Position numbers and translations under genes: made by a program | Source of the DNA: Myxococcales bacterium | Lineage (GTDB): Bacteria; Myxococcota_A; Polyangia; Fen-1088 | Length of the DNA stretch: 64,000 nt | Reading direction: 5' to 3' | Assembly (NCBI GenBank): GCA_022184915.1 | Contig: JAGTJU010000008.1 | Span: 6,760 to 70,759 of the forward strand | The notes under the pieces: model-generated | Seen by the model: the letters and a program-made list of their open reading frames with translations, nothing else | Databases searched by the model: none | Told to the model about the DNA's origin: nothing | Part shown: piece after piece, positions 47,867 to 58,044 of the stretch | Layout of the letters: each line of letters starts with the position of its first letter | Numbering within the stretch: the stretch's first letter is position 1

Positions 47867-48846
47867 GGCGGGGCCGAGCCCCGGGCCGCGTGGCGTACGT
47901 GCTCACGCTGCTGGCGGCGCTGTGTCCGAAGGCCGCGTCCGCCGCCACCGAGACCACGCGCGAGGCGTTGGCGCGCATGGAAGAGACACTGGTCATGAAG
48001 TTCACGGATGAGGGGCTCGCCCCACAGGAGCTGACGCCCGCCATCGTCGTGAGCGTGACCCCCGCGTGGGAGGCCAGCGCCACCTGGTATCCCAACGCGG
48101 CGCTTTCGTCGCTGGCGCGTGTGTTCGGCAGCGCGGCGTTGCGCGCCTGCGAGGCTTGCATGTCCCCGCGCACCTACGTGGAGCCGGGCCGGGTGGAGCA
48201 AGTGTCCACCGCGCCCAGCCTGGACGAGATCGTGCGCCTCGATGAAGGCAGCCGCGGGCAGGCGGCCCCGGCCCGCACGGCGATTTGGCTCGATGAAACG
48301 CCCGAGGGTGTGTCCCTGCGGATCGTGAACCTCGCAAACGGGCGCATCATCCTGGCCGCGAACATCGACCCCCTGCTGACGCGCACCGCCCGCACGCGGC
48401 GCTCGTTCACGCTGGCCCAGGAGCTCGACCGCCGATCGCGCGGCGACAGCATCACCCACACCTTTGTCGACCTCGCCGTTTACCCCGGCCAACACCTGTC
48501 GCTCGATTGGGCGGAGCAGTGGGGCACCACCAACAGCAACCTGTCCGGGTTTTCTCTCTCTTTTTTCGATCCGGTTTTGGGACTGGGTGGCGCTTACTAC
48601 CGCGCCCTGCCGGATGCGATGAACATCTCCGTGGGCGCCAAAGTTCTCATGGCCTTTCCCACCGCCCTGGTGCGCGCCTTCGGGGGCGAAGACGACGTCG
48701 TCGATCCCCTGTTGACGGGCGTGTTCCTCGCCCGCGTGCCCTTCGGACGTTCCAACTACGGCGTCATTTTGTCGGCCTCCACCAACGGACGCATCGGCAT
48801 CGGAATCTCACTCATGAACACCTCGCTGCTCCCCTTCGTGCCATGA
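47857..48846 (+). CDS. secreted protein with probable beta-barrel
   Basis: Signal peptide; CEAC; Gly/aromatic strands in the C-terminal half. Confidence 0.7.
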   Translation: MLLRRGRAPGRVAYVLTLLAALCPKAASAATETTREALARMEETLVMKFTDEGLAPQELTPAIVVSVTPAWEASATWYPNAALSSLARVFGSAALRACEACMSPRTYVEPGRVEQVSTAPSLDEIVRLDEGSRGQAAPARTAIWLDETPEGVSLRIVNLANGRIILAANIDPLLTRTARTRRSFTLAQELDRRSRGDSITHTFVDLAVYPGQHLSLDWAEQWGTTNSNLSGFSLSFFDPVLGLGGAYYRALPDAMNISVGAKVLMAFPTALVRAFGGEDDVVDPLLTGVFLARVPFGRSNYGVILSASTNGRIGIGISLMNTSLLPFVP

Positions 48847-49478
48847 CCAACGCGCGTATCGCCTTGCTCGTTGTCTTTGTCCTGTGCGGCTGCGCGGGGC
48901 GCAACTACACCTACTATCTGCTCGATCCCCCGCCCGCCACGCATCCGGCGCTGACCGAGGGCGGCGTGCTGACGCGTCCCCTGGGATTCGGAAGCACCAC
49001 CGTGATGAAGGTGCGGTGGAATGACGGCAACGTCATCACGGAGGTGGACGTTCCGGTGCTCGCCACCGGCCAGCGCATCGTGATCGAACACGGCGCCGGC
49101 AGCCCGGACGTCAAGACCATCCCCGCGACCCGCGTGGTCCCGCCGCCGCCCACGCGTGCGGACGAAGCGCTCGTGGAGGCGTACCGCGCCCGCGGCCTGC
49201 GGGTGGACGAGGACGCGCCCGAGGTCAGCATCGTGCGCGCCCGCGCCTTGATGCAGGATGCGATCAAGGGCGGCAACTATCACGTGGCGCTCGAGTGGTG
49301 CGAAACGGTGCTCGCACGGTATAAATTGCACCCCGAGTTTCTCCGCGCCAAGGCCTCCTTGCTGCTGATGATGGGCGAACGTGACAAGGCCATCGAGATT
49401 TACGAGCAGGTCGAAGCGATCGAAAGCGACCCGGCGGTCCGCAGGAAGCTGGAAGAGCTTCAACGTCAACAAAGATAG
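48843..49478 (+). CDS. TPR-containing lipoprotein
   Basis: LCGC lipobox; KASLLLMMGERDKAIEIYEQ TPR pattern. Confidence 0.75.
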   Translation: MTNARIALLVVFVLCGCAGRNYTYYLLDPPPATHPALTEGGVLTRPLGFGSTTVMKVRWNDGNVITEVDVPVLATGQRIVIEHGAGSPDVKTIPATRVVPPPPTRADEALVEAYRARGLRVDEDAPEVSIVRARALMQDAIKGGNYHVALEWCETVLARYKLHPEFLRAKASLLLMMGERDKAIEIYEQVEAIESDPAVRRKLEELQRQQR

Positions 49479-49486
49479 GAAGAGAC

Positions 49487-50221
49487 ATGCAGCTTCTTGG
49501 ATTGGCCCTTTTGGGTTTCATCGTTTGGTTCGGGTTTCGGGATCGCAGCAGCGACCAGGCGATCTCGGCCTTCGACGCACACGCGCTGGTCATGGTCCTC
49601 GTGGGCTCGGGCGCCGCGGTGCTCGTCAGCTCGCGGGGGCGCGATGCGCTGAGCACGCTCACGTCGCTGCGCGAATTGGTGCCCGGGCTCCGCGGCTACG
49701 GCGCCGCGAGCGCCGCCATGGAAGCGGAACGCAGCGAAGCGAGCGCTGCGTGGGAGGGAGCGCGGCGGCGCGAGGCGCTGGCCCTGGCCGAGCGCACCCG
49801 CTTTGCACCGGTCAAGCGGATGATCGAGCTGCTCATCGGCCGGGCCTCGGAAGGCGAGGCCACCAAGACCTTCATGGAGCTGCGGCACGCCGAGATCGCG
49901 CGGCTGCAACCGGCCATCAACAACTGGGAGATGTTGTCGAAGCTCGGCCCCGCCTTCGGCATGGTGGGCACCATCACGGGCATGATCCGTCTGTTTCAGA
50001 ACATGAGCGCCGAGAACCTGAACATCGGCGCCGCGATGTCCCTGGCGCTTCTGGCCACGCTGTACGGAGTGGCCTTCGGCGCCGGCGTGGCGGGGCCCAT
50101 CGCGCAGCACCTGAACCGGCTGCTCGACGAGCGGCTGGGGGTTCTCGAGCGTTGTGAAAAAAGCGCCATCGACTCGGGTTCTCGGGCCACCGTGGCGGCG
50201 CTCGAAGCGAGGGTAGGCTGA
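49487..50221 (+). CDS. motA: MotA/PomA-family stator subunit
   Basis: D..AL.MVL.GS; GPAFGMVGTITGMI.LF.NM; IG.AM..ALLATLYG....P. Confidence 0.88.
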   Translation: MQLLGLALLGFIVWFGFRDRSSDQAISAFDAHALVMVLVGSGAAVLVSSRGRDALSTLTSLRELVPGLRGYGAASAAMEAERSEASAAWEGARRREALALAERTRFAPVKRMIELLIGRASEGEATKTFMELRHAEIARLQPAINNWEMLSKLGPAFGMVGTITGMIRLFQNMSAENLNIGAAMSLALLATLYGVAFGAGVAGPIAQHLNRLLDERLGVLERCEKSAIDSGSRATVAALEARVG

Positions 50222-50224
50222 GCC

Positions 50225-50848
50225 ATGCAGCGGCGCCCCCTGCAGCACGAAGAGAGCTGGCTGCTCAGCTACGCCGACCTCATCACCAACTTGCTGCTGT
50301 TCTTCGTGGTGCTGCTGACGGCGGCGAACCTGAGCCGCGGCAAAATGCAGCAGATCGCCAAGAGCATCTCGGGCAGCGAAAGCCCGGCCAGCCTGGCCTC
50401 GATTCAAAAAGAGATAGAGGCGCAGATCGCAAGCAAGCAGCTCGAAAACATGGTTCGCACCAGCATGTCCGAGGCGGGGCTCGAGATCTCGATGAACTCA
50501 GGGCTGGTGTTCGATTCGGGCAAAGCCGTGATCCGGCCTGACCTGGAGAACACGCTGATGGCCATGTTGCAAGTGCTCGAACCCTATGCCCGAAAGTACG
50601 GCTTCGCCGTCGAGGGCCACACCGACGCCACCCCCATCACCGGCGGCGCGTTCGCCAGCAACTGGGAGCTGTCGAGCGCGCGCGCGATCGTGGTGCGGCA
50701 TCGGCTGGAAGCCGTGGGCATTCCCCGCGACCGCATCCGCGTCGAAGGCTATGCGGACACCAAGCCGCTTGCCGCAGACGAGCTTGCCGGTCTCAGTGTC
50801 GAAGAAACCCTGGCGCGCCACCGGCGCGTGGTCGTGAGGATATTCTGA
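50225..50848 (+). CDS. motB: MotB-family stator subunit with OmpA-like peptidoglycan-binding domain
   Basis: WLLSYADLIT.LL.FFVVL (conserved Asp); FDSGKA; VEGHTD..PI; SNWELSSARA; GYADTKP; RRV. Confidence 0.92.
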   Translation: MQRRPLQHEESWLLSYADLITNLLLFFVVLLTAANLSRGKMQQIAKSISGSESPASLASIQKEIEAQIASKQLENMVRTSMSEAGLEISMNSGLVFDSGKAVIRPDLENTLMAMLQVLEPYARKYGFAVEGHTDATPITGGAFASNWELSSARAIVVRHRLEAVGIPRDRIRVEGYADTKPLAADELAGLSVEETLARHRRVVVRIF

Positions 50849-52644
50849 TGCGCATCTGGCTTGCCTTCGTAACCCTCCTGTGTGCGGCGCCTGCGGCGGC
50901 ACAAACACTCGTGCCCCAAAAGCACGTTCCCGCTGCGGTCCTGGAGCAACTGCGGGCTGTGGAGGCGCAGTTCGAGGCGGCCTTGGCGCGCGACTGTGCG
51001 CCCGAGCGCTGCCTGCCCAAGGGCTGCATCTACCGAGACCATACGGTGGTGGATCTGCCGCGGGCCCGGTCGTTGCCGGGTTTCGACGAAGAGGAAGGTC
51101 CCGGCAGCGTGCCGCTGCAGGAGTACCTCACCAGCGCACAGTGCGAGTTCGTGCACGAAAAGAACGTGAATGCACGTGACCTTCAGGCGCTGGCGCGGCG
51201 GCTCGAACAGAAGCTCTCGCGGGGCTGGCTGAAGGTCAGCATCGCCCGCCAGGCCTTAGAGCCCCTCTCGAGCGCGCTGGCCCAGCCGCCCGCGGACGAC
51301 GAGGGCGCGGCGCAGACACCCGAGACACAGAGCACGCCTTCCCCCACGGCGGCGACGCCCCCGCGGGAACAGGAAGCGCCTGCGCGCGAGTTGTGGCTCA
51401 CCTTGCTCCCACACTTTGCGTGGATGATCGCGCTCGTTCTGGTGACGGCGTCGGCCATGACGCTGATCTGGTCGCTGCGGCGGCTCGGTCGCGAGAGTCT
51501 CGAGGAGCGCGCCCTCCTGGCCGAACTCGGCGCCCAAGCGTCGCACGACAGCAAAAACTCGACGGAGGCCGACACGGAGGCAGAGGACAAAACGCCTCTG
51601 CGAGACGACCCCGCCTTCGTGGCCGCTGCCCACGGCTTGTGGAGCGACCGCATCGCCCAGATCCAGCTGGGCAAGGACAACGGCGTCATCGTCGAGCTGC
51701 TCCGACAGTGGCTCAAGCAAGGAAACTTTGCCTTGCTGGCCAAGGCCATCGTGGTGTTCGGCGATCGCCTGTCGCTGGCGTTCCCGGCCGATGGCGACCT
51801 GGCGGTGCGCAAGGTCGAGTTCGCGGACTACCTGCGCCAGCTGGATGAGACCACCTTGCCCTCGGACGCGGAGTTTTTCCGTAAGCTCGGCCATCACGCG
51901 GTGTCATCGACCTTGCTGTCACAGACCGATGCCGCCGTTTACCATAGCCTGCGCGACGAGTTCGGGATGGCCGGCGTGGCGGCGCTCATGGCACGCCTGC
52001 CACCTCGCTTCGCAGCGCTGCTCTTTGCGCTTTCACCCACCGAGTTCCATCAAGACCTGGCGCGCGCCTTGGCGCCCGCCGCGCGCGCGCTGGTGGCGGG
52101 GCAGCTGCTCCTTTCGAACCGCATGGCGCCCGAGGAGCAGACGTATCTGTTTGCCGCGTTGGCGGCGGCGCGCGCCGGCGGCACCTTGCCCGCGGCCCCC
52201 CCCGAAGGCGTGCTGGATCGTGGCCGTGAGATCGACGCGGCAGGGCCGATGGCGCTGCTGCTGCAGGAGCTCACGCCCGACGAGCGCCGGCGCTTGTTTG
52301 CCGAGGCGGTCGCGCGCTGGCGCGGCGGCCTGCCCCCGTGGTGCCAAACCATCGTGGCGCCCGCCCTGTTGCTAAACCTGCCCGCCCACACGCAGGCTGA
52401 GCTGCTGCTGGAGGTGGACGTGCGGGAGCTGGCGGCGTGGCTGTGGACGTTTCCCGCAGCGGCACGGCAACCGCTGGTCGACACACTGCCGACGGCGCTG
52501 CAGAACGCCCTGCGCGCCCACACCGATTTTGGATCGCGCGCCGAACAGGTCGCGCTGGCGGCGCGGGGGCGAAGCGCACTGGCCGCGGCTGTGCAGCGCG
52601 CGGCCGCAGCCGGCAAGCTCAGCTTCGAGACGCTCTGGGCTTGA
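50848..52644 (+). CDS. membrane protein with periplasmic N-domain and FliG-like C-terminal domain
   Basis: Signal peptide, one TM, helical cytoplasmic part ending LLNL....QAELLLEVD..ELAAWL...LVDTL....AL....A...A.....A..GKL.F, like FliG-C. Confidence 0.6.
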   Translation: MRIWLAFVTLLCAAPAAAQTLVPQKHVPAAVLEQLRAVEAQFEAALARDCAPERCLPKGCIYRDHTVVDLPRARSLPGFDEEEGPGSVPLQEYLTSAQCEFVHEKNVNARDLQALARRLEQKLSRGWLKVSIARQALEPLSSALAQPPADDEGAAQTPETQSTPSPTAATPPREQEAPARELWLTLLPHFAWMIALVLVTASAMTLIWSLRRLGRESLEERALLAELGAQASHDSKNSTEADTEAEDKTPLRDDPAFVAAAHGLWSDRIAQIQLGKDNGVIVELLRQWLKQGNFALLAKAIVVFGDRLSLAFPADGDLAVRKVEFADYLRQLDETTLPSDAEFFRKLGHHAVSSTLLSQTDAAVYHSLRDEFGMAGVAALMARLPPRFAALLFALSPTEFHQDLARALAPAARALVAGQLLLSNRMAPEEQTYLFAALAAARAGGTLPAAPPEGVLDRGREIDAAGPMALLLQELTPDERRRLFAEAVARWRGGLPPWCQTIVAPALLLNLPAHTQAELLLEVDVRELAAWLWTFPAAARQPLVDTLPTALQNALRAHTDFGSRAEQVALAARGRSALAAAVQRAAAAGKLSFETLWA

Positions 52645-52650
52645 GACCCC

Positions 52651-54654
52651 ATGCCGCGCCTCGCGCTTTTTGGCTTGTGCCTGTGGGCAGCGACCACCGC
52701 GTGCAGCAAGGTGCCGCTCACCAACGTCGACGCCGGCTTCGAGCTGGCCGACGCCGTGTGGTTCGAGGACGAGCACACGCTCTTCGTATTTTACAAGTTG
52801 CAGGCAGCGCAGGGCCTGGGGGCCGAGAGCCAGGTCGAGCTGGGATTTCGCACCGATGAGCTCACGCAGGCCTTCGCCTCCGTCAGCAGTTTCCCCACCG
52901 TGCATCAACACGTGGCCGTGGATTGTGGGCAGAACGCGCGCTGCGGAAGCACCAGCCTCAGGCTGGCAGAGCGACCCCGGCAGGTGACGCTGCGGCTCCG
53001 CTATCATCGAGAGGGCAATGTGTTTTTGGCAACGGACACGCTGCTCACCATCGTGGGCGCAGGCCAGCGCTACAACCACCGCAGCCTCATCGTCTACGGC
53101 GTGTTCGATGAAACCAACACGCGCGTGTTCTGGCGGGCGCGCCACCAGTTCCCGAATTTGCGCAACCAAGAGGTCGAGGCGCTGGGACTCAGGCGCCGGG
53201 TCAGCATTGCCGGCCGTCGTTTCGGTGACCCAGGGGCCCTCCCCGACGACAATCCCTACGGCTACGGAGCCTTCGACACCTGTCCCCCGTCGCTGCAGGC
53301 GCTCGACGCCAACGAACTCGAGACGCGCGCCCGGTCGGCGCTCGACCGAGAGCCGCTGCCTGCCGAGGCCGCTGCGGCCCCGCTCGTGTGCGCCACCGCG
53401 ACCGTGGACGATGCAAAAGGCCGCTTTGCCGCCACGGCGCTCGCACGGAAGAACCCTCAGACCCGGCCGGCGTTCCCCGCGTTGCGTAGCCCCATTCGCC
53501 CGAACCGGGCGCTGGGCTACGTGCTTCGGCCCTGCACCCGTGTGATCTCCGACGTGCACGCCGCCATGCAAAGTCAACGGCTGCTCTTCGTGGACGCCCC
53601 CGAGGTGTGCATCGATGACTGGATGATGCCCGGCTTCGCCGAGCAGCTCGCGGCGCGTATCCGTACGCGCATCGACGAAGAACGCACGAGGGGAGAGGAC
53701 ATGGTGCTGACCTTGGCGCTCCATCACGACGATCCCACGGGGGCCCTGGCGGACAGGGTGGAAGACGCTTTGTCGATCGCGCTGGCCCCCGAGCGGGAAA
53801 AGACGACGCCCCGGCTGACGGGCGCGTTCGTGTTCGACAGCTTCGGGCATGGCATCACGCGAGAGCCCGTGCGACAGATGGTGCTGTGGTGCCCCGCCCG
53901 GGCCGGCAGCGTCCTGGATGAGCTCCCCGAAGGGGCCCCCCGGGCGTGCCCTCTTTTGCCCGACTTGCCGCAGCTGACCTTCGGTGCGTTGCGGGCGAGC
54001 GTGCTGCCGATCCTGCCCACGCGCGCGCAGTACCTGCGGTTTCTCGAGACCTACGGCGAAGCGCAAGCGGGGCGCATGCGTGCGCTCACCTTCTTGGCGC
54101 CCGAACGCACCCCGCTGTCCCGGAACGTGCAGGTGGGCGACTTCGGGGTGGCCACGTTCTTCAACGACGAGGCGATCTCGGCCTTGCCGGGTGATGTGTT
54201 CTCCCACTGCCCCACCGAAGATCCACGCACGGCCGCCGTGGTGTTTTTCGACGAAGCCGAGGCCACGACGCGGCTCCTCGCGGAGCTGCCGCTCGTTCAC
54301 GAGACGGCGCCGCAACCGAGCTACGCGCTTGGCATCGCGTGGGATTTCCCTTACCTCACACGGCTCGACTACCAAGTGACCGTGGCGGGCGCCGTGAGCG
54401 CCTTTTCGTTGTCGGTCCCCTTCGGCATTTCGGGCACCAACACCTCGTACTTCGGCACCGAGCTGTGGCGCACGGGGGAATTTCCCCTGCGCGAAGCGCT
54501 TCTGCAGTGTGAGCGCTTCTGCGATCATCCCACCTTTGATTCCGCGGGGGTCTACAACGTGCTGGCAACGTTCGCTTCGACATACAAGCAAGAGTGCTAC
54601 CGGCCGCGGTATCCGTCCGTCCTGCCGGAGGAGGCGTTTCCCCTTGATCCGTAG
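52651..54654 (+). CDS. large Cys-containing lipoprotein
   Basis: TTAC lipobox; 667 aa; in operon. Confidence 0.75.
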   Translation: MPRLALFGLCLWAATTACSKVPLTNVDAGFELADAVWFEDEHTLFVFYKLQAAQGLGAESQVELGFRTDELTQAFASVSSFPTVHQHVAVDCGQNARCGSTSLRLAERPRQVTLRLRYHREGNVFLATDTLLTIVGAGQRYNHRSLIVYGVFDETNTRVFWRARHQFPNLRNQEVEALGLRRRVSIAGRRFGDPGALPDDNPYGYGAFDTCPPSLQALDANELETRARSALDREPLPAEAAAAPLVCATATVDDAKGRFAATALARKNPQTRPAFPALRSPIRPNRALGYVLRPCTRVISDVHAAMQSQRLLFVDAPEVCIDDWMMPGFAEQLAARIRTRIDEERTRGEDMVLTLALHHDDPTGALADRVEDALSIALAPEREKTTPRLTGAFVFDSFGHGITREPVRQMVLWCPARAGSVLDELPEGAPRACPLLPDLPQLTFGALRASVLPILPTRAQYLRFLETYGEAQAGRMRALTFLAPERTPLSRNVQVGDFGVATFFNDEAISALPGDVFSHCPTEDPRTAAVVFFDEAEATTRLLAELPLVHETAPQPSYALGIAWDFPYLTRLDYQVTVAGAVSAFSLSVPFGISGTNTSYFGTELWRTGEFPLREALLQCERFCDHPTFDSAGVYNVLATFASTYKQECYRPRYPSVLPEEAFPLDP

Positions 54655-55462
54655 GCCAGGATCGGTGGGTTTCGCGCTGGCGCTCGCCCTGGCGTTGCCC
54701 GCGGGAGCACGAGGGCAAACGTCTGCTGTGGTCACACCGCCCGTATCATCCCCTCTGCGTGCAGCCGATGGCGCTGCGCTCGCACCTTACCGTCTGCCGC
54801 TCGATGCGCTCATCGAGCGCACGTTGGGCAGCACCTCCCGGGCCGTGCGTTTCGATTGGCGAAGCAAAGCCATCGGCGTGGGCGCGTTCGGCAGCCAGGT
54901 GCTCGAGCTCAACAACTTCGGGAGCGCGCGCTTCGGGCTCCTGGCCCGCCGCCCCTGGGGCAGTCTGATGACGGAGCTTTCGCTTGCCCGCGTCGAGACC
55001 TGGGGCAGCACGAGCGCCACGCGCTTGTCGCTCACGCCCTACCGGCAAGCCGGACGGCCGAGCCGGTTCGAGCTGGGGCTGAACGTGGGCTATCCTTTGG
55101 CCGAGGGTGTGGCCACGGCGCGCCCTGGGTTTTTCCCGGCCACCGAGCTCGTGTTCTCGGTGAACGCGGAGCTCCGCTACCTTTACTATCCCGGCGCGCT
55201 CAGCGGCGCCACCTTCGGGCAAGTGGCCCGCGCGGCCCTGTCACCGCGGCTGTCGGCGCGCGAAATGCGCAACCTCGAGGACGACCGTTTGCCCGCCATG
55301 GACGTGGACCGCGGCCGTTACGGCCTTCTCGTGGGCTTTACCTTCGACATCTATTTCGCAAAGGGCGGATTTGTCTCCCCGCGCGTGATGATGGCTCCGT
55401 TTGGCAGCGCGGCCCTGGGGTGGTGGTGGGATCTGGCGTTCGCGGCCGGGTGGATGTTTTGA
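54644..55462 (+). CDS. probable outer-membrane beta-barrel protein
   Basis: Signal peptide; amphipathic strands; terminal AAGWMF. Confidence 0.65.
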   Translation: MIRRPGSVGFALALALALPAGARGQTSAVVTPPVSSPLRAADGAALAPYRLPLDALIERTLGSTSRAVRFDWRSKAIGVGAFGSQVLELNNFGSARFGLLARRPWGSLMTELSLARVETWGSTSATRLSLTPYRQAGRPSRFELGLNVGYPLAEGVATARPGFFPATELVFSVNAELRYLYYPGALSGATFGQVARAALSPRLSAREMRNLEDDRLPAMDVDRGRYGLLVGFTFDIYFAKGGFVSPRVMMAPFGSAALGWWWDLAFAAGWMF

Positions 55463-57369
55463 ACGTGCGTCTGCTCTGTCTGGGCGTCAGCGTGGCGCTG
55501 GCCTCGGCGGCACAGGCCGAGCCGAAGGCGCCCCGCGTTCCGCCACAAACGCTCGTATTCTGGAACGCGCGGCTCGCCTTGCGCGAGGGCCGCCCCACCG
55601 ACGCCCTCAAGCTGTGGATGCTTCACAATGGCCTGCGCCAGGCGGGGCAGCCTGCGGCAGAAGAAGGTGATTTTTCGTCGGTCGTGTGGGCCGCGCTGGG
55701 AGAGCTTGGCCTTTGCCAACAGACGTTCCCGCGCGATCAAGACCAGGGCGCGGGCCTGTGGCCCCTGGCGTTGCACAACTACGTGGTGCGCGCCGCCTTT
55801 GCGCCCGAGCCTCCCCCGCGCGCGCCGCCGTTCGCCGCCTTCCAGATGGCACGCCAGGCCCGCACATTCTCGCTGCACGATGTGCTCGACGCCGAAGAGC
55901 TTCGTTCTGTCCGCTTTCACCCCACGGCATGCACGCTGCCGGGCTTGCCAGGGGGCTTCATGGGCCGCGATCGCGGCCGCATGGGTGATCGCATCGAGAT
56001 GATGCGCTACCTGCGGCACACCCTGTCGACAGCGCTCGAAACGGTGACGCCGGGCAAAACCCGGGGCATGGAGGCCGTCGAGGCGCGGCTTTTCGATCTC
56101 GACCTGGCCCTCATCGACGCCGAAACGCGCCGCCTGCGCCTCGCGGGAGTGGAAGCGCGCACGAGGGCGCGTGAGCTAGGGCTGTCGCCGGAGGCGGTGT
56201 TGCGCGCGCGGGTCGCGGACACGGCGTGGCCGCCCACGTCGGCCGAGGGGCGTTTTCTCCGCAGAACGCTGACCTGGCGTGCCGACGCGTGGCTGACGCT
56301 CGAGCGCGAGCGGCGTGTGTTTTTGTTTTCGCTGGCGCGCGCGTACGCCCCGGATGACGCCGCGGCCGAAAGGGTGGCCCTCGCGGTCATCGACGCGCTC
56401 GTCGTGCGGGGCCTCGGCGCGGAGGTGCAGCAGTGGGTGGGCGCCACAGGGACGTCACCGCGTTTTCGTGACGCCCTCACGCAGGGTGAGCGGGGCCTGC
56501 GCCTTCTCACCTTGGACAACGCCTCTGGCTTTCGCGAGCGGAGCGCGGTGGCGCTTCATCGGGCCGTGGCCTTCCTCGAAGCCGGCCAGCTCAAAGACGC
56601 CCTCCGCGCGTTTGCCTACGCGCTGGCGGAGGCCGAGACCTCGCGGGAAGCCGCCGCCCTCTCGGCGCTGTGCCGTCGCTGGCTGGCCTACGTGCTCGCG
56701 CAGTTTCAGGCCGACGCCGAGGTCATCCGCATTCTCGAGACCGTGCTGCCGAAGCCGGATTATCGGATCGTGGCCGCCGACCTGGTATGGCGGGCGGCCC
56801 TGAGGCGGGATGCCGCCTCGTTCGAGGCGCTCATGGCCACACTGCCGCGCGGGAGCGCCTTCGACACCGACGCAGCGGATCTGCGCAAGCTGGCCCACGG
56901 CCGCATCCCCGAGATGCTGAGCGCGCTCGCGCAGCGAAGCCAAGCCGAACCCCACCTCACGTTGCGCCTGTGCGCGCGCCTGCTCGACAACCTGGAGGCA
57001 GAGGCCACGGACGTTCGTCGTAGCCACCTGCCCACGCTGCGCGGCCTGCTAAGCCTTTTCGACGAGATCGCCGCGCGCACGACGAGCGCCGGCGCTCAGA
57101 AGCGCAGGGCCGAAGAGCTCGGGGCACGCAGCCGCGCCCTGCTCGAGGGCCTGCGGGCGCCCCTGGCCGACGACGCCGCGCACGCGCTGTCCCCACGGGC
57201 AGAGACGTTTGCAGGCAACATACGCGTGGCACCGAGCGATCCTTTGCCCTGGCCCTTCCCCGCACCCGACCCGAAGCCCACGTCGGTGTTCGTTCCGCTG
57301 CGTCTGCAGCCGCTCGAGTGGCGGGATGAGACCGGAGCCCTGATCTTCGGCTGGAGTGTGAGCGATTGA
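55459..57369 (+). CDS. secreted alpha-helical (TPR-like) protein
   Basis: AQA signal peptide; Ala/Leu-rich helical repeats; TTGA overlaps. Confidence 0.7.
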   Translation: MNVRLLCLGVSVALASAAQAEPKAPRVPPQTLVFWNARLALREGRPTDALKLWMLHNGLRQAGQPAAEEGDFSSVVWAALGELGLCQQTFPRDQDQGAGLWPLALHNYVVRAAFAPEPPPRAPPFAAFQMARQARTFSLHDVLDAEELRSVRFHPTACTLPGLPGGFMGRDRGRMGDRIEMMRYLRHTLSTALETVTPGKTRGMEAVEARLFDLDLALIDAETRRLRLAGVEARTRARELGLSPEAVLRARVADTAWPPTSAEGRFLRRTLTWRADAWLTLERERRVFLFSLARAYAPDDAAAERVALAVIDALVVRGLGAEVQQWVGATGTSPRFRDALTQGERGLRLLTLDNASGFRERSAVALHRAVAFLEAGQLKDALRAFAYALAEAETSREAAALSALCRRWLAYVLAQFQADAEVIRILETVLPKPDYRIVAADLVWRAALRRDAASFEALMATLPRGSAFDTDAADLRKLAHGRIPEMLSALAQRSQAEPHLTLRLCARLLDNLEAEATDVRRSHLPTLRGLLSLFDEIAARTTSAGAQKRRAEELGARSRALLEGLRAPLADDAAHALSPRAETFAGNIRVAPSDPLPWPFPAPDPKPTSVFVPLRLQPLEWRDETGALIFGWSVSD

Positions 57370-57974
57370 GCGATCCCCTGCGCCGCCGCCAATTCGCCGC
57401 ACGCCGGGCCGCCCTCCGGCACGCCCTGACGGCCGCACGGCAGCGGGCGCACAGCCGCTTGCCGCAGCCTCGGCGGCGGCGAGGCGCCCGTGCCCTCGCC
57501 ATCGCCCTGCTCCTCGCGCTCGTCGCCCTGGCCCGCTGCCTCGCGGAGGCGCCCCCGCCCTCGCCCCCGCCCCCGCCGCAAGACGCCGCGCCCGTCAGCG
57601 CCCCGCAGCCCCCGGCCCCGGCCGCGTCCCCCCCCCGCTCGGCCCCCCTGCCTCCCCGCCCCCGGCTGCGTGTGGCCAGCGCCCCGACGCCTGATTGGAT
57701 CGATGAGTTCAGGCTGCAGGTGGGCGCCCGCAGCCCGCGCCTCGCCCGCTGCCTCACGGGCGCTGCGCTTCCCGGACGTCTGCGTTTTTCTGCCACGGTC
57801 GATCGCAACGCGGGGATCGTCTCCGATGCCGAGATCGAGGTGGCCTCTGGGGGCGGCCCGAGCCGCGACCAAAGCCGCTGCCTCGTGGACGTGCTCCGCC
57901 ACCCGGCTTACGACCTGCGGCGCGGGCAGGCCCCGGCCGTGCCCGAGCGCGTGAGCCTGGTGATCGAGTTCTGA
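57366..57974 (+). CDS. TM plus Pro-rich linker plus TonB/AgmX-like C-domain protein
   Basis: Basic N-terminus, TM, poly-Pro, L.RC...G.L.F...V....G.V and VSLVIEF. Confidence 0.6.
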   Translation: MSDPLRRRQFAARRAALRHALTAARQRAHSRLPQPRRRRGARALAIALLLALVALARCLAEAPPPSPPPPPQDAAPVSAPQPPAPAASPPRSAPLPPRPRLRVASAPTPDWIDEFRLQVGARSPRLARCLTGAALPGRLRFSATVDRNAGIVSDAEIEVASGGGPSRDQSRCLVDVLRHPAYDLRRGQAPAVPERVSLVIEF

Positions 57975-58044
57975 CGGGGCCCACCGCCCCCACCGAGCCC
58001 GCCCTTGCGGTCCCCCGGCAAACTTGATAGCCGCTGCCTTTCCC

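Noticed and set aside
49487-50848. MotA/MotB pair as Zorya ZorA/ZorB
   Set aside because: MotA lacks the long ZorA tail, and no ZorC, ZorD or ZorE is adjacent.
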